A DNA stretch of 48,549 nt, from positions 1-48,549 of the forward strand of contig CAZHDO010000005.1 in the NCBI GenBank assembly GCA_964531375.1. The letters are read 5' to 3'. The notes beneath the pieces are model-generated. The model saw nothing but the letters and a program-made list of their open reading frames with translations, was not told the origin of the DNA and did not search any database. The stretch comes from an uncultured Candidatus Saccharibacteria bacterium. GTDB lineage: Bacteria; Patescibacteriota; Minisyncoccia; Phycocordibacterales; UBA12445. The translations under genes and the position numbers were made by a program. This document shows, piece by piece, positions 10,424 through 18,927 of the stretch. Numbering within the stretch: position 1 is the first letter of the stretch; the number at the start of each line of letters is the position of its first letter.

Positions 10424-10633
10424 ATGAAAAAGGATATACACCCAAATTTTTATGAGAATTCAAAGGTAATTTGTTCCTGTGGGAATGAATTCGAGGTTGG
10501 TTCTACATTAAAGGAAATTAGAGTCGAAATCTGTGGTAAGTGTCACCCATTCTTCACCGGAAACGAGAAGATCATTGATACTGCAGGAAGAATTGAGAAA
10601 TTTAAGGCAAGAGCTTCCAAGAAAACAAAATAG
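10424..10633 (+). CDS. rpmE: 50S ribosomal protein L31 (Zn-binding type)
   Basis: [32 protein letters not shown]. Confidence 0.97.
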   Translation: MKKDIHPNFYENSKVICSCGNEFEVGSTLKEIRVEICGKCHPFFTGNEKIIDTAGRIEKFKARASKKTK

Positions 10634-10640
10634 CGTAAAT

Positions 10641-10679
10641 AAAAAACACTCCGATAGATTTAGAATTGGAGTGTTTTTT
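10641..10679. terminator. intrinsic terminator (bidirectional-type)
   Basis: AAAAAACACTCC..GGAGTGTTTTTT. Confidence 0.75.
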
Positions 10680-10741
10680 ATTTGCTAGTTATCAGGTTAT
10701 AATGTTCTAAGGTTAAAAGTTTCAACTTTATAACTAATTTT

Positions 10742-11716
10742 ATGGACATAGAAAAATATCGAAACAATCAAAAAACTATCTATCTTTTTAAGGAATACGA
10801 TAGGCTTGCCAGTGAAATAGAGGAGACAAAATCTCTCGCTTCTTCGGATTTGTCTATGAAAGATATGATTGATGAGGAAGTTAAAAAACTTGAAGATACT
10901 AAAAATACCCTTGCGTCTCAGATAGAAGAAATCGCCAGAGAAGAAGAAAAAGCTGCGCTTGAACCTAAAGAAATTATTTTGGAAGTTCGCGCTGGAGCAG
11001 GAGGGGATGAAGCGGCAATTTTCGCTAGGGAGCTTTCTGAGATGTATATGAGATATGCGGAAGTTAAGGGTTGGGGTTGGAAAACTTTAGACGAGTCTGA
11101 ATCTGAACTTGGTGGATACAAGGAAGCTTCTTTTGAAATAAAAGGAAAGGGCGCATATTCACGATTAAAATATGAAATGGGTGTTCATAGGGTTCAGCGT
11201 GTTCCTGCCACTGAGAAGCAGGGGAGGGTTCATACTTCGACGGCATCAGTTGCTATACTGCCAATAATTGAAAGTAAAAAGGTTAATATTCCAGAAACCG
11301 ATATTGAAATGGAATTTTGTTGCGCAGGTGGGAAGGGTGGTCAGAACGTTAATAAGGTTGAGACAGCTGTGAGACTTGTTCACAAGCCAACTGGAATCGT
11401 CGTCCGTTGTACAAGTGAAAGAAGTCAGTTAAAAAATCGAGAGACAGCTATGAGTATTCTTGCTGCGAAGGTGGCAGAATTGGCGAGAGAGGAGGAGGCT
11501 AAAAAACTTTCAGCTGACAGAAAGAATCAAATTGGCACAGGAGATAGGTCTGAAAAAATAAGAACATACAATTTTCCTCAAAACAGAATCACGGATCACA
11601 GAATAAAGGAATCTTGGCATAATATTGAGAAAATATTCGCCGGTGGGCTCGATGTAATTGTCGACGAAATCGTAAAAGTCGAGAATGGAGAAAAAACCAT
11701 CGGAAGCGAGGAGTAA
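10742..11716 (+). CDS. prfA: peptide chain release factor 1 (short N-terminus)
   Basis: [21 protein letters not shown] (PxT motif), [23 protein letters not shown]. Confidence 0.96.
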   Translation: MDIEKYRNNQKTIYLFKEYDRLASEIEETKSLASSDLSMKDMIDEEVKKLEDTKNTLASQIEEIAREEEKAALEPKEIILEVRAGAGGDEAAIFARELSEMYMRYAEVKGWGWKTLDESESELGGYKEASFEIKGKGAYSRLKYEMGVHRVQRVPATEKQGRVHTSTASVAILPIIESKKVNIPETDIEMEFCCAGGKGGQNVNKVETAVRLVHKPTGIVVRCTSERSQLKNRETAMSILAAKVAELAREEEAKKLSADRKNQIGTGDRSEKIRTYNFPQNRITDHRIKESWHNIEKIFAGGLDVIVDEIVKVENGEKTIGSEE

Positions 11717-11756
11717 TTAATTAGACATTACGAATTTAAACAAACTTGCCATGTTC

Positions 11757-11866
11757 GAATCGTCGCTTCCTTTGGAAACGACGATTCTGGTTTCCTGTTT
11801 AATTTTCAAGCTTGAGGGCTTGGTGGTAAAAAAGAAACGCCACTTCCAAAAGGGAAGAGACGTTTC
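11757..11866. repeat. composite REP-like element, GAAACG family, copy 2
   Basis: GAATCGTCGCTTCC..GGAAACGACGATTC and GAAACGCCACTTCC..GGAAGAGACGTTTC. Confidence 0.8.
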
Positions 11867-12031
11867 GTACTTGGTTAAGGATTGGATAAAGCTTTACAAA
11901 AACCCTAAAATATGCAGAATAGGGGATGTTTAATGTTCTTTTAAATAAGGCAATAAAAAAAGGAGGTGACAGGGTTTGGTCTGTTTTTGTTTTACGAAAA
12001 TAAAAAAAGATAAATAAAAGGAGTGTCAGAT

Positions 12032-12637
12032 ATGAACGTTATTGTTCCTAAGAGCTATTTGGACTCGTTGGAAAAGAGCCTTGAAAAGGCTCAAGAAGAT
12101 TTGCGAAGGCTCCTGTCTGTTAGTAAGTTCATTCAACAGAACCAGGTAATGTACCTTCGTGAAGAGGAAATCGATATTCCAGCTGTTGAAAGTGGTTTTG
12201 TGATCAATGAATCACTGGTTGGCGTTAATGGAATCGCAAAATTTTCAAAAACGTTTAAAACCTGGTTTTTTCGTCAGACAGTTAAGCCTCGTCATGAGAT
12301 TCATCTTTCCAGCTATGAACTTCTTCGTACTCTGAAAAAAGGAGAGCTTTTTAAACAGTTGGCAGAGTATGGGAAGAAAGAAGCTGATTTTGGAGCTGTT
12401 CTGCACATCCTCTCTTTCCAGTCTGAAGGACGACGAAGCGGTTATTTGCATGCAGATGGTCATCCTAATTACGTTATTATGAAGTCGACGAAACCACAAC
12501 GACAGGGTGATAATCGTTCTAAGGGTGATGAAACAAGAATTGTTCGCCTTGTTCATGATACCCATGGCTGGAACCTTCATGAATGTTCCGAACATGATCT
12601 CATCTTGCCGGAGAAATCGCGCATCTTTTGTGCTTGA
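12032..12637 (+). CDS. hypothetical protein (orphan cassette; weakly DGR-target-like)
   Basis: AAGGAG SD 8 nt before ATG 12032; GYLHADGHPN..IVRL..GWNLH..SRIFC pattern; terminator ~12802-12834. Confidence 0.65.
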   Translation: MNVIVPKSYLDSLEKSLEKAQEDLRRLLSVSKFIQQNQVMYLREEEIDIPAVESGFVINESLVGVNGIAKFSKTFKTWFFRQTVKPRHEIHLSSYELLRTLKKGELFKQLAEYGKKEADFGAVLHILSFQSEGRRSGYLHADGHPNYVIMKSTKPQRQGDNRSKGDETRIVRLVHDTHGWNLHECSEHDLILPEKSRIFCA

Positions 12638-13030
12638 GATGATTATGAAAATAAAGAGAGTGTATTTTGGGGTGGACTTCTTTAGTAGTGGTGGTTATGG
12701 TATTTGGAAAGTTCTAATAAGGGAGGCTTGGTTAAAAAAACTTTCCATACACCAGAAAAAAATTATTGGAAAAGCACGTTGAGCTGCATTATTTATTTCA
12801 ATCGCATTCAGGTTTATCCTGGGTGCGGTTTTTCATTTTTGTGTGGATTTGGTTAAAAACGGCCATTTTGTTGGCTTTTGGCTTGTTTTGATTGCTTTTT
12901 TGTCTATTTTTTGCTAGTCTTTACTGACTGTTATCTGGCTAAGAGTCAAACCGGCGGAAACAGAAAAACTGAATACAAACAAGCTTTTATTAAAGATTAT
13001 TTTATCATATTAATTTAACGTACTATTAGG

Positions 13031-13822
13031 ATGGAAATTGAACAAAAATTAGATTTTTCAGGAATCAACGACAAAACTTTAATCGCTCTTATCGAAGAAC
13101 TCTACAAGGCTGGAGCTCATTTTGGTTATTCAAGAACAAGAAGACATCCTTCTGTTAAGTCTTTTGTTTATGGATCAAAAAACAGAATGGATATTGTTGA
13201 TCTTGAAAGTATTGCTAAGTCTTTAAAGTCAGCTCTTGAATTTATTGCAAAGCTCGGTTCAGAGGGTAAACAAATTCTTTTTGTTGGTAATAAGAAAGAG
13301 TCTCAGGATTTAGTTGTTGAGTGCGCAAAGAAACTTAATATGCCATATGTGGCTCTTAGGTGGATTGGTGGAACTCTTACAAATTCTTTAGAGATCAGGA
13401 AGAGAGTCGCAAGAATGGAAGACTTAATGACAAGGAAGGCTACAGGTGCTCTTGATGTTTATACAAAGAAAGAGAGGTTGTTATTAGACAGGGAAGTTGC
13501 AAAGCTCCAGAAACATTTTGCAGGTATTGCTATTATGAAGAGGGCTCCAGCTGCTGTTGTTGTTATTGATTCAAGAAATGAAGCTACCGCTGTGGAAGAG
13601 GCAAGAATGGCAAATATCCCAGTTGTAAGTTTGTCTGGTACTGATAATAATATTTCAGGAATCGCTTTTCCTGTCGTTGCGAACGATATTTCAAGAACAA
13701 ATATTTCATTATTCTTAAACAAGATAATTGAAGCATATAAAGAAGGTATAAAGAACGCTCCAAAGGTAGTTACTCCTACACCTGTCGCAACTACTGCCCC
13801 TATTGCTCCAAAAGTTGTATAA
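13031..13822 (+). CDS. rpsB: 30S ribosomal protein S2
   Basis: AGAHFG, ILFVGNK, RWIGGTLTN, AVEEA, ANDIS; upstream of tsf. Confidence 0.96.
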   Translation: MEIEQKLDFSGINDKTLIALIEELYKAGAHFGYSRTRRHPSVKSFVYGSKNRMDIVDLESIAKSLKSALEFIAKLGSEGKQILFVGNKKESQDLVVECAKKLNMPYVALRWIGGTLTNSLEIRKRVARMEDLMTRKATGALDVYTKKERLLLDREVAKLQKHFAGIAIMKRAPAAVVVIDSRNEATAVEEARMANIPVVSLSGTDNNISGIAFPVVANDISRTNISLFLNKIIEAYKEGIKNAPKVVTPTPVATTAPIAPKVV

Positions 13823-13896
13823 TAGAATTTCAAACTAGCGAAGTTGGATGCTAGTCTGGTTTATTAACTTTATTTGACGTATAAAATTAAATTACC

Positions 13897-14493
13897 ATGG
13901 CAATAACTAGTGAACAAATTAAGAAAATTAGAGACCTTACCAATGTGTCTGTTATGCAATGTAAGAGAGCTTTAGAAGAGGCTGGCGGAGATGAAGCAAA
14001 GGCACTCTTGCTTTTGAGTAAAAAGGGAACTGAGATTGCTCAGAAAAAAGCCGAGAGAACTCTTGGTGCTGGTGTTGTCGTTTCTTATGTTCACTCTAGT
14101 GGTACAGCTGGATCTTTAATCGAATTAAATTCTGAATCTGATTTCGTTGCCAAGAATGAAGGTTTTAAAGCTTTGGCTTATGATATAGCTATGCATATTG
14201 TTGCAATGAAGCCAGAATACTTAAAACCAGAAGATGTGCCTGCTGATGCTGTTGCTAAGGTTGAAAAGATGTTTGCAGAAGAGGTAGAGAAGGCTAATAA
14301 GCCAGAAGAAATAAAGAAGAAGATGCTTGAGGGTAAAATTTCTTCTTACTTCGGAGAGAGAACTCTTTTAAAGCAGGCTTATATAAAGAATCCTGACCAA
14401 ACAATAGAAGATCTTATAAAAGCACACATTCAGAAGTTTGGAGAAAAAATAGAAGTAGCTAGATTCACTAGATTCTCTGTTTTGGATAAATAA
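13897..14493 (+). CDS. tsf: elongation factor Ts (short form)
   Basis: IKKIRDLT..MQCKRAL, ELNSESDFVA, IAMHI, GEKIEVARF. Confidence 0.96.
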   Translation: MAITSEQIKKIRDLTNVSVMQCKRALEEAGGDEAKALLLLSKKGTEIAQKKAERTLGAGVVVSYVHSSGTAGSLIELNSESDFVAKNEGFKALAYDIAMHIVAMKPEYLKPEDVPADAVAKVEKMFAEEVEKANKPEEIKKKMLEGKISSYFGERTLLKQAYIKNPDQTIEDLIKAHIQKFGEKIEVARFTRFSVLDK

Positions 14494-14497
14494 AATA

Positions 14498-14884
14498 ATG
14501 TATTACTTATTATCAATATCATCTGTTTCTTTTTTCATTTCATCCTTCGTCCTTTTACGAAGGGTTCATGAGAATAGGATTATAGGAATTCCTGGGGATC
14601 ACAGTAGTGATGTCTATTGGCCGTTCAATGTTATCTTCGGATATTTTTATAGAAAGATAAAAATGGTTTTTGTAACTATAAATAATTTCCTAGCTCCACA
14701 CTTCGTAAAATTAGTTGGTAATTTCGCAACAAAACTTTACAGATTTACATCAGTCGCTTCAGGTTATTTTTTACAGCTCTCAAATCTTGTGCACGGTAAG
14801 GGTTCTTTGAAGAAAAATACTGGACAAACTTCCCTTTTTATCAGAGATATTTCAGAATATAAAAAAGCACTTAACGGAAAATAA
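14498..14884 (+). CDS. hypothetical membrane protein
   Basis: 128-aa ORF directly after tsf with N-terminal hydrophobic segment. Confidence 0.65.
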   Translation: MYYLLSISSVSFFISSFVLLRRVHENRIIGIPGDHSSDVYWPFNVIFGYFYRKIKMVFVTINNFLAPHFVKLVGNFATKLYRFTSVASGYFLQLSNLVHGKGSLKKNTGQTSLFIRDISEYKKALNGK

Positions 14885-14933
14885 ATTATCTGCTATTATA
14901 TTTGGACGAAGTTTTGTTTTAAAATTTAAGTAG

Positions 14934-15016
14934 CAGTATTGCCATCTTACCCGCGCGAATGACTGAAGTCATTCAGTCGGGCGGGGCTCAGTAGCATCAA
15001 TTGTTTTGTAAACAAT
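14934..15016 (+). pseudogene. degenerate duplicate of tRNA-Thr 5' half with a 36-nt palindrome inserted
   Basis: CAGTATTGCCATCTTA-[insert 14950-14985]-GCTCAGT..CAATTGTTTTGTAAACAAT matches 15238-15286. Confidence 0.85.
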
Positions 15017-15254
15017 GTTTACTGTATACGTATTAAGAAGTGAAGATGGTAGATTGTACAAGGGCATGACTAATAATCTGGTTAGACGTTTTAAAGAGCA
15101 TGGATGTGGAAAAACTAAAACCACTAGCACTATGCAAAATTTAAAAATTGTTTATACTGAAGAGTACGAAAATTTTGATGGGGCGAGAAGTCGAGAATTA
15201 TATTTAAAAACTGCATCTGGTAGAAGATTTTTAAAAACAGTATTGCCATCTTAG
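15015..15254 (+). CDS. small GIY-YIG nuclease family protein
   Basis: VYVL..LYKGMT.NL.RR..EH, ARSRE..LK; stop codon lies inside tRNA-Thr. Confidence 0.9.
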   Translation: MFTVYVLRSEDGRLYKGMTNNLVRRFKEHGCGKTKTTSTMQNLKIVYTEEYENFDGARSRELYLKTASGRRFLKTVLPS

Positions 15255-15316
15255 CTCAGTGGTAGAGCAATTGTTTTGTAAACAATAGGTCGTCGGTTCA
15301 AATCCGACAGATGGCT
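15245..15316 (+). tRNA. tRNA-Thr(UGU)
   Basis: Cloverleaf: GCCATCT/AGATGGC acceptor stem, GCTC/GAGC D stem, ATTGT-TTTGTAA-ACAAT anticodon arm, GTCGG-TTCAAAT-CCGAC T arm; CCA not encoded. Confidence 0.96.
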
Positions 15317-15344
15317 CAGATTTTACGCAGTAAAATATTCTAAA

Positions 15345-15456
15345 CTGTCGGATTTGAACCGACGAAGGGGGTCGGGGAAACTGTAGTTTCCCCGTGTAGG
15401 AAGGACTGGGAAAACCGTGGGTTTCCCAGGAGGTTTAATTCCGACAGATGGCTCCA
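15345..15456. repeat. tRNA-associated element: antisense T-arm copy, two hairpins, direct copy of tRNA 3' end
   Basis: 15345-15365 is the exact reverse complement of 15290-15310; 15432-15456 GGTTTAATTCCGACAGATGGCTCCA repeats the tRNA 3' end. Confidence 0.85.
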
Positions 15457-15478
15457 GTATTATGGTTTAACCTATTTC

Positions 15479-15761
15479 GAAACGTCGTTTCCTTTTTTGG
15501 GAAACGACGTTTCTGATTTGCTGAATGATTGTAAATTGACCGCAAGTTCGAAGCGTAATTGATAACCAGGAAACGTCACTTCCAAAGGGAAGAGACGTTT
15601 CGCATTACCAATTAATTACACCCACTCTAAAATAACCACTCCCTAAACCTCGTTTCCTTTTCAGAAACGAGGTTTATGATTTACTAAATGGTAGTAAATT
15701 TGCTGTAAGTTTAAAGGATGGTGGACATCATCACCTTCAAAAGGGATGAGACGTTTTGTCC
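15479..15761. repeat. composite REP-like element, GAAACG family, tandem copies 3 (15479-15601) and 4 (15644-15761)
   Basis: Same two-palindrome layout as 76-193 and 11757-11866. Confidence 0.82.
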
Positions 15762-15785
15762 TTGGTTAAATCCTTAAAGTACAAA

Positions 15786-15814
15786 TTGACATCTTATTTC
15801 ATATTTCGTAAAAT
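15786..15814 (+). promoter_or_regulatory. sigma70-type promoter
   Basis: TTGACA-17 nt-TAAAAT. Confidence 0.75.
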
Positions 15815-15898
15815 TTGGAGATAATTTTTTGTTCTTTGAATTTAAAGCCAAGCTCTAAAGGAGTTCGGTTTATTATAGAGTTAGGAGGTGTTCTAATA

Positions 15899-16018
15899 AT
15901 GAAGATGGTTCGTCGAAGAGAAAAGTCCTTTTCTGTTTATTGCTTTAATCTCGTCCGGCTTAGGCTGGAAGTTTTCTTTCTTCGTGTTGTTGTTGCTTTT
16001 TTCGAGCCCTGTTCTTAA
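15899..16018 (+). CDS. putative 39-aa small basic/hydrophobic protein
   Basis: AGGAGGTG SD, consensus promoter upstream, terminator 16042-16067. Confidence 0.5.
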   Translation: MKMVRRREKSFSVYCFNLVRLRLEVFFLRVVVAFFEPCS

Positions 16019-16106
16019 GTTGGACCAATCTCTCTCTTTTTGCCACACGACCTTGTGTGGCTTTTTTATATAGACTTAAGTTTCTTGTTGGTTTATACTT
16101 TTGTTT

Positions 16107-16856
16107 ATGCAAAAGAAAGATTTAGAAAAAGGTCATATACATCCAATTACTCAAACAATAGTGGAAATCGTAGATGCTTTTAAAGATATTGGTTTTACTG
16201 TAGCCGACGGGCCGGAAATTGAAACTGAATTTTATAATTTTAATGCATTGAATGTGCCCCAGGATCACCCAGCAAGAGATATGCAAGATACTTTCTGGTT
16301 GAAACCACTTGACGCTCGAAAATTACTAAGAACCCAAACAAGTGCTGTGCAGATAAGGCACATGCAGAATAACCCTCCACCGATAAAGATTATTGCTCCA
16401 GGAAAGATTTTTAGAAACGAGGCGACTGACGCTACGCACGAGGCACAATTTCATCAGATAGAAGGTTTGGTTGTTGATAAAAACATATCGCTTGCACACT
16501 TAAAAGGAACTCTAGAATATTTTCTTAAGAAACTTTTTGGAGATTCTGTTGAGATTAGATTAAGGCCAAGTTATTTTCCGTTCGTTGAGCCGGGTTTTGA
16601 AATAGACATGTCTTGTTCTGGCTGTATTAAGGGTGAAAATGATACCTGCTCAATGTGTCACGGGACTCGTTGGATAGAAATTATGGGGGCAGGAATGGTG
16701 CACCCAAACGTTTTAAGGGCTGTTGGTGTTGATCCTGAAATCTGGAAAGGTTTTGCCTTTGGAATCGGTGCAGATAGGCTTGTGATGCTTAAATATGGCA
16801 TAGATGATATTAGAAATCTTTATTCGGGCGATTTGAGGTTTGTAAATCAATTTTAA
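16107..16856 (+). CDS. pheS: phenylalanine-tRNA ligase alpha subunit (N-terminally shortened)
   Basis: GHIHP, HPARDMQDTF, LLRTQTS, FHQIEG, YFPFVEP, GAGMVHP. Confidence 0.97.
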   Translation: MQKKDLEKGHIHPITQTIVEIVDAFKDIGFTVADGPEIETEFYNFNALNVPQDHPARDMQDTFWLKPLDARKLLRTQTSAVQIRHMQNNPPPIKIIAPGKIFRNEATDATHEAQFHQIEGLVVDKNISLAHLKGTLEYFLKKLFGDSVEIRLRPSYFPFVEPGFEIDMSCSGCIKGENDTCSMCHGTRWIEIMGAGMVHPNVLRAVGVDPEIWKGFAFGIGADRLVMLKYGIDDIRNLYSGDLRFVNQF

Positions 16857-16858
16857 AT

Positions 16859-18793
16859 ATGAAAGTATCTTATAACTGGTTACAGTCACATTTTAAAAAA
16901 CAATTACCACCTGTTGAGGAAATTACAAATGGATTAATTTTTCACTCTTTTGAAGTGGAGGGTGGTGAAAAATACAAAGATGGTTATGTTTTTGATATAA
17001 AAATTCTTCCTGACCGAGCTCATGATTGTTTGTGTCATCTTGGTGTTACTAGAGAAATTAGTGCTATATTTAATATTGAAAAACCGGCCGTTCCTTTTGA
17101 AAAATTAGGTAATGTTGGCGGCAAGAAGAGTTCTGTTCAGGTTGAAATTGAGGATGGCGAACTGTGTAGAAGATATGTTGGTAGAGTTGTTAGAGATATT
17201 ATTGTTAAGGATTCTGGGCAGGATATAAAAGATAAGCTGGAAAGTATCGGTCAAAAATCAATCAATAATATTGTTGATGCTGCTAATTTGATTATGTTTG
17301 AGATTGGTCAACCGCTTCATGCTTTTGACCTAGATAAGATAAAAGGAAATATCGTTGTTCGAAACGCCAAATTAGGTGAAAAAATTACCACATTAGATGA
17401 TAGGGAGGTTGAACTTAGGATAGACACTCTTGTTATTGCCGACGATGTTGGACCACTTGCTATTGCTGGGGTGAAAGGAGGCAAGAGAGCGGGTGTCACA
17501 AAAGAAACTAAAAACATTTTTTTGGAGTCTGCTAATTTTAACCCAGTAGCAACAAGAAAGACTGCGACAAAATTAAATATTCACACAGATGCTTCAAAGA
17601 GGTTTGAGAATGATTTTCCTGCAGAGCTTGCAATGGAGGCGATACATCTTTTTTCTGGCGTACTAAAGGCAATGGCTTCAGCTGAAAAGACTGTTTTTGA
17701 GGATATAATTGATATTTACAAAAAACCCGAAGGCATAAGAGAAATTTTTGTAACACAAAAAGAGATAAGCGCTATTCTTGGAATTAAATTAGAAAAAGAT
17801 GAGATTGTAAGTATTTTGAAGAGACTGGATATTTCTGCAACGGTAGAAAATGAAAAAATAAAGGTTATATCTCCAGTCTGGCGTTTGGATTTAAATATTA
17901 AAGAAGACGTTGCCGAAGAGGTTGGTAGAATTAATGGATACGAAAAAGTACCTAATTTATTGCCGGAAAATAAACTGATCGTAAAACAAAATCCTGAATA
18001 CTTAGTCGTCAATAAAATAAAGGAGTTTTTGTTCAAACAAAATTTTTCTGAAATTTACAGTTATTCTTTTTCTGAATACGGAGATGTTGAAATAGACAAA
18101 CCCCTTGCTAGTGATAAAAAATTCTTAAGAAAAAATATTACAGAACCACTTTGTGAAAAAATAGAATTTAATTTAAGAAACTCAATTTTTGACCAAGATC
18201 CGATAAGAATTTTTGAGATTGGTAATGTTTATAATTTAGAAGGGGAGACGAAGAGTCTTTGTTTTGGAGTTGGTTATAAAACAAAAAAATTAAACAAAAG
18301 TAAGGCTGAAATAGATATTATCACTGCAAATCTTCTAAAAGAACTAAAAATCGTACAAGACATTAAACCAACTGTCGTTGAAAAAGAAAATATGACAGTT
18401 GTTGAGTTTGAAATGACTGATATTTTTAAATTATCCTTAGTTGATGATTTTGATTTGCAGACTTTGATAAACAAAGATGCTAATTATAAGAAAATATCGC
18501 AATACCCAAGATCAATAAGGGACATAGCGTTATTTGTGCCCCCAGAGATTACTTCAGATAGGGTAGAGAATTTAATTAAAGAAAATTCAGGGACCCTCTT
18601 GGTTAATGATCCGATTTTGTTCGACACTTTTGAGAAAAAAGATGAGTCTGGTGCTGTGATAAAAAAATCTTTTGCATTTAGGCTTATTTTCCAATCTTAC
18701 GAAAGAACATTACTCGAACAAGAGATAAATGAGTTAGTTTTAGGAATTATTGCAAAAATTGAGGAAAATCAAGATTGGGTAGTTCGAAAATAG
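16859..18793 (+). CDS. pheT: phenylalanine-tRNA ligase beta subunit
   Basis: MKVSYNWL, GQPLHAFD, IAGVKGG, RLDL..EDVAEEVGRINGY, C-terminal RDIAL anticodon-binding domain. Confidence 0.95.
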   Translation: MKVSYNWLQSHFKKQLPPVEEITNGLIFHSFEVEGGEKYKDGYVFDIKILPDRAHDCLCHLGVTREISAIFNIEKPAVPFEKLGNVGGKKSSVQVEIEDGELCRRYVGRVVRDIIVKDSGQDIKDKLESIGQKSINNIVDAANLIMFEIGQPLHAFDLDKIKGNIVVRNAKLGEKITTLDDREVELRIDTLVIADDVGPLAIAGVKGGKRAGVTKETKNIFLESANFNPVATRKTATKLNIHTDASKRFENDFPAELAMEAIHLFSGVLKAMASAEKTVFEDIIDIYKKPEGIREIFVTQKEISAILGIKLEKDEIVSILKRLDISATVENEKIKVISPVWRLDLNIKEDVAEEVGRINGYEKVPNLLPENKLIVKQNPEYLVVNKIKEFLFKQNFSEIYSYSFSEYGDVEIDKPLASDKKFLRKNITEPLCEKIEFNLRNSIFDQDPIRIFEIGNVYNLEGETKSLCFGVGYKTKKLNKSKAEIDIITANLLKELKIVQDIKPTVVEKENMTVVEFEMTDIFKLSLVDDFDLQTLINKDANYKKISQYPRSIRDIALFVPPEITSDRVENLIKENSGTLLVNDPILFDTFEKKDESGAVIKKSFAFRLIFQSYERTLLEQEINELVLGIIAKIEENQDWVVRK

Positions 18794-18927
18794 GACTAAT
18801 TAGGAATTCTTAATCACATAATTTGACAGTTGTTGTTTATCTTCGTTTGTGTTGATAAAATAGGTTTTTTAATTATGGAAAATATGCTAAAATAGCGAAG
18901 TTAAAAGAGATAAATAAACACTAAAAT

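Noticed and set aside
11751-11933. 60-aa ORF
   Set aside because: Coincides with the composite REP element; no coding support
12507-12782. 91-aa ORF overlapping 12032-12637
   Set aside because: Mostly overlaps another frame and lacks an SD; a short gene from ~12639 cannot be excluded but is unsupported
15432-15456. Prophage or island attR from the tRNA 3' duplication
   Set aside because: Only ~115 bp separates it from the tRNA and no integrase is present
15479-15761. CRISPR array from regularly spaced palindromes
   Set aside because: Two alternating degenerate palindrome types, spacers homologous between loci, and dispersed copies elsewhere; REP-like instead
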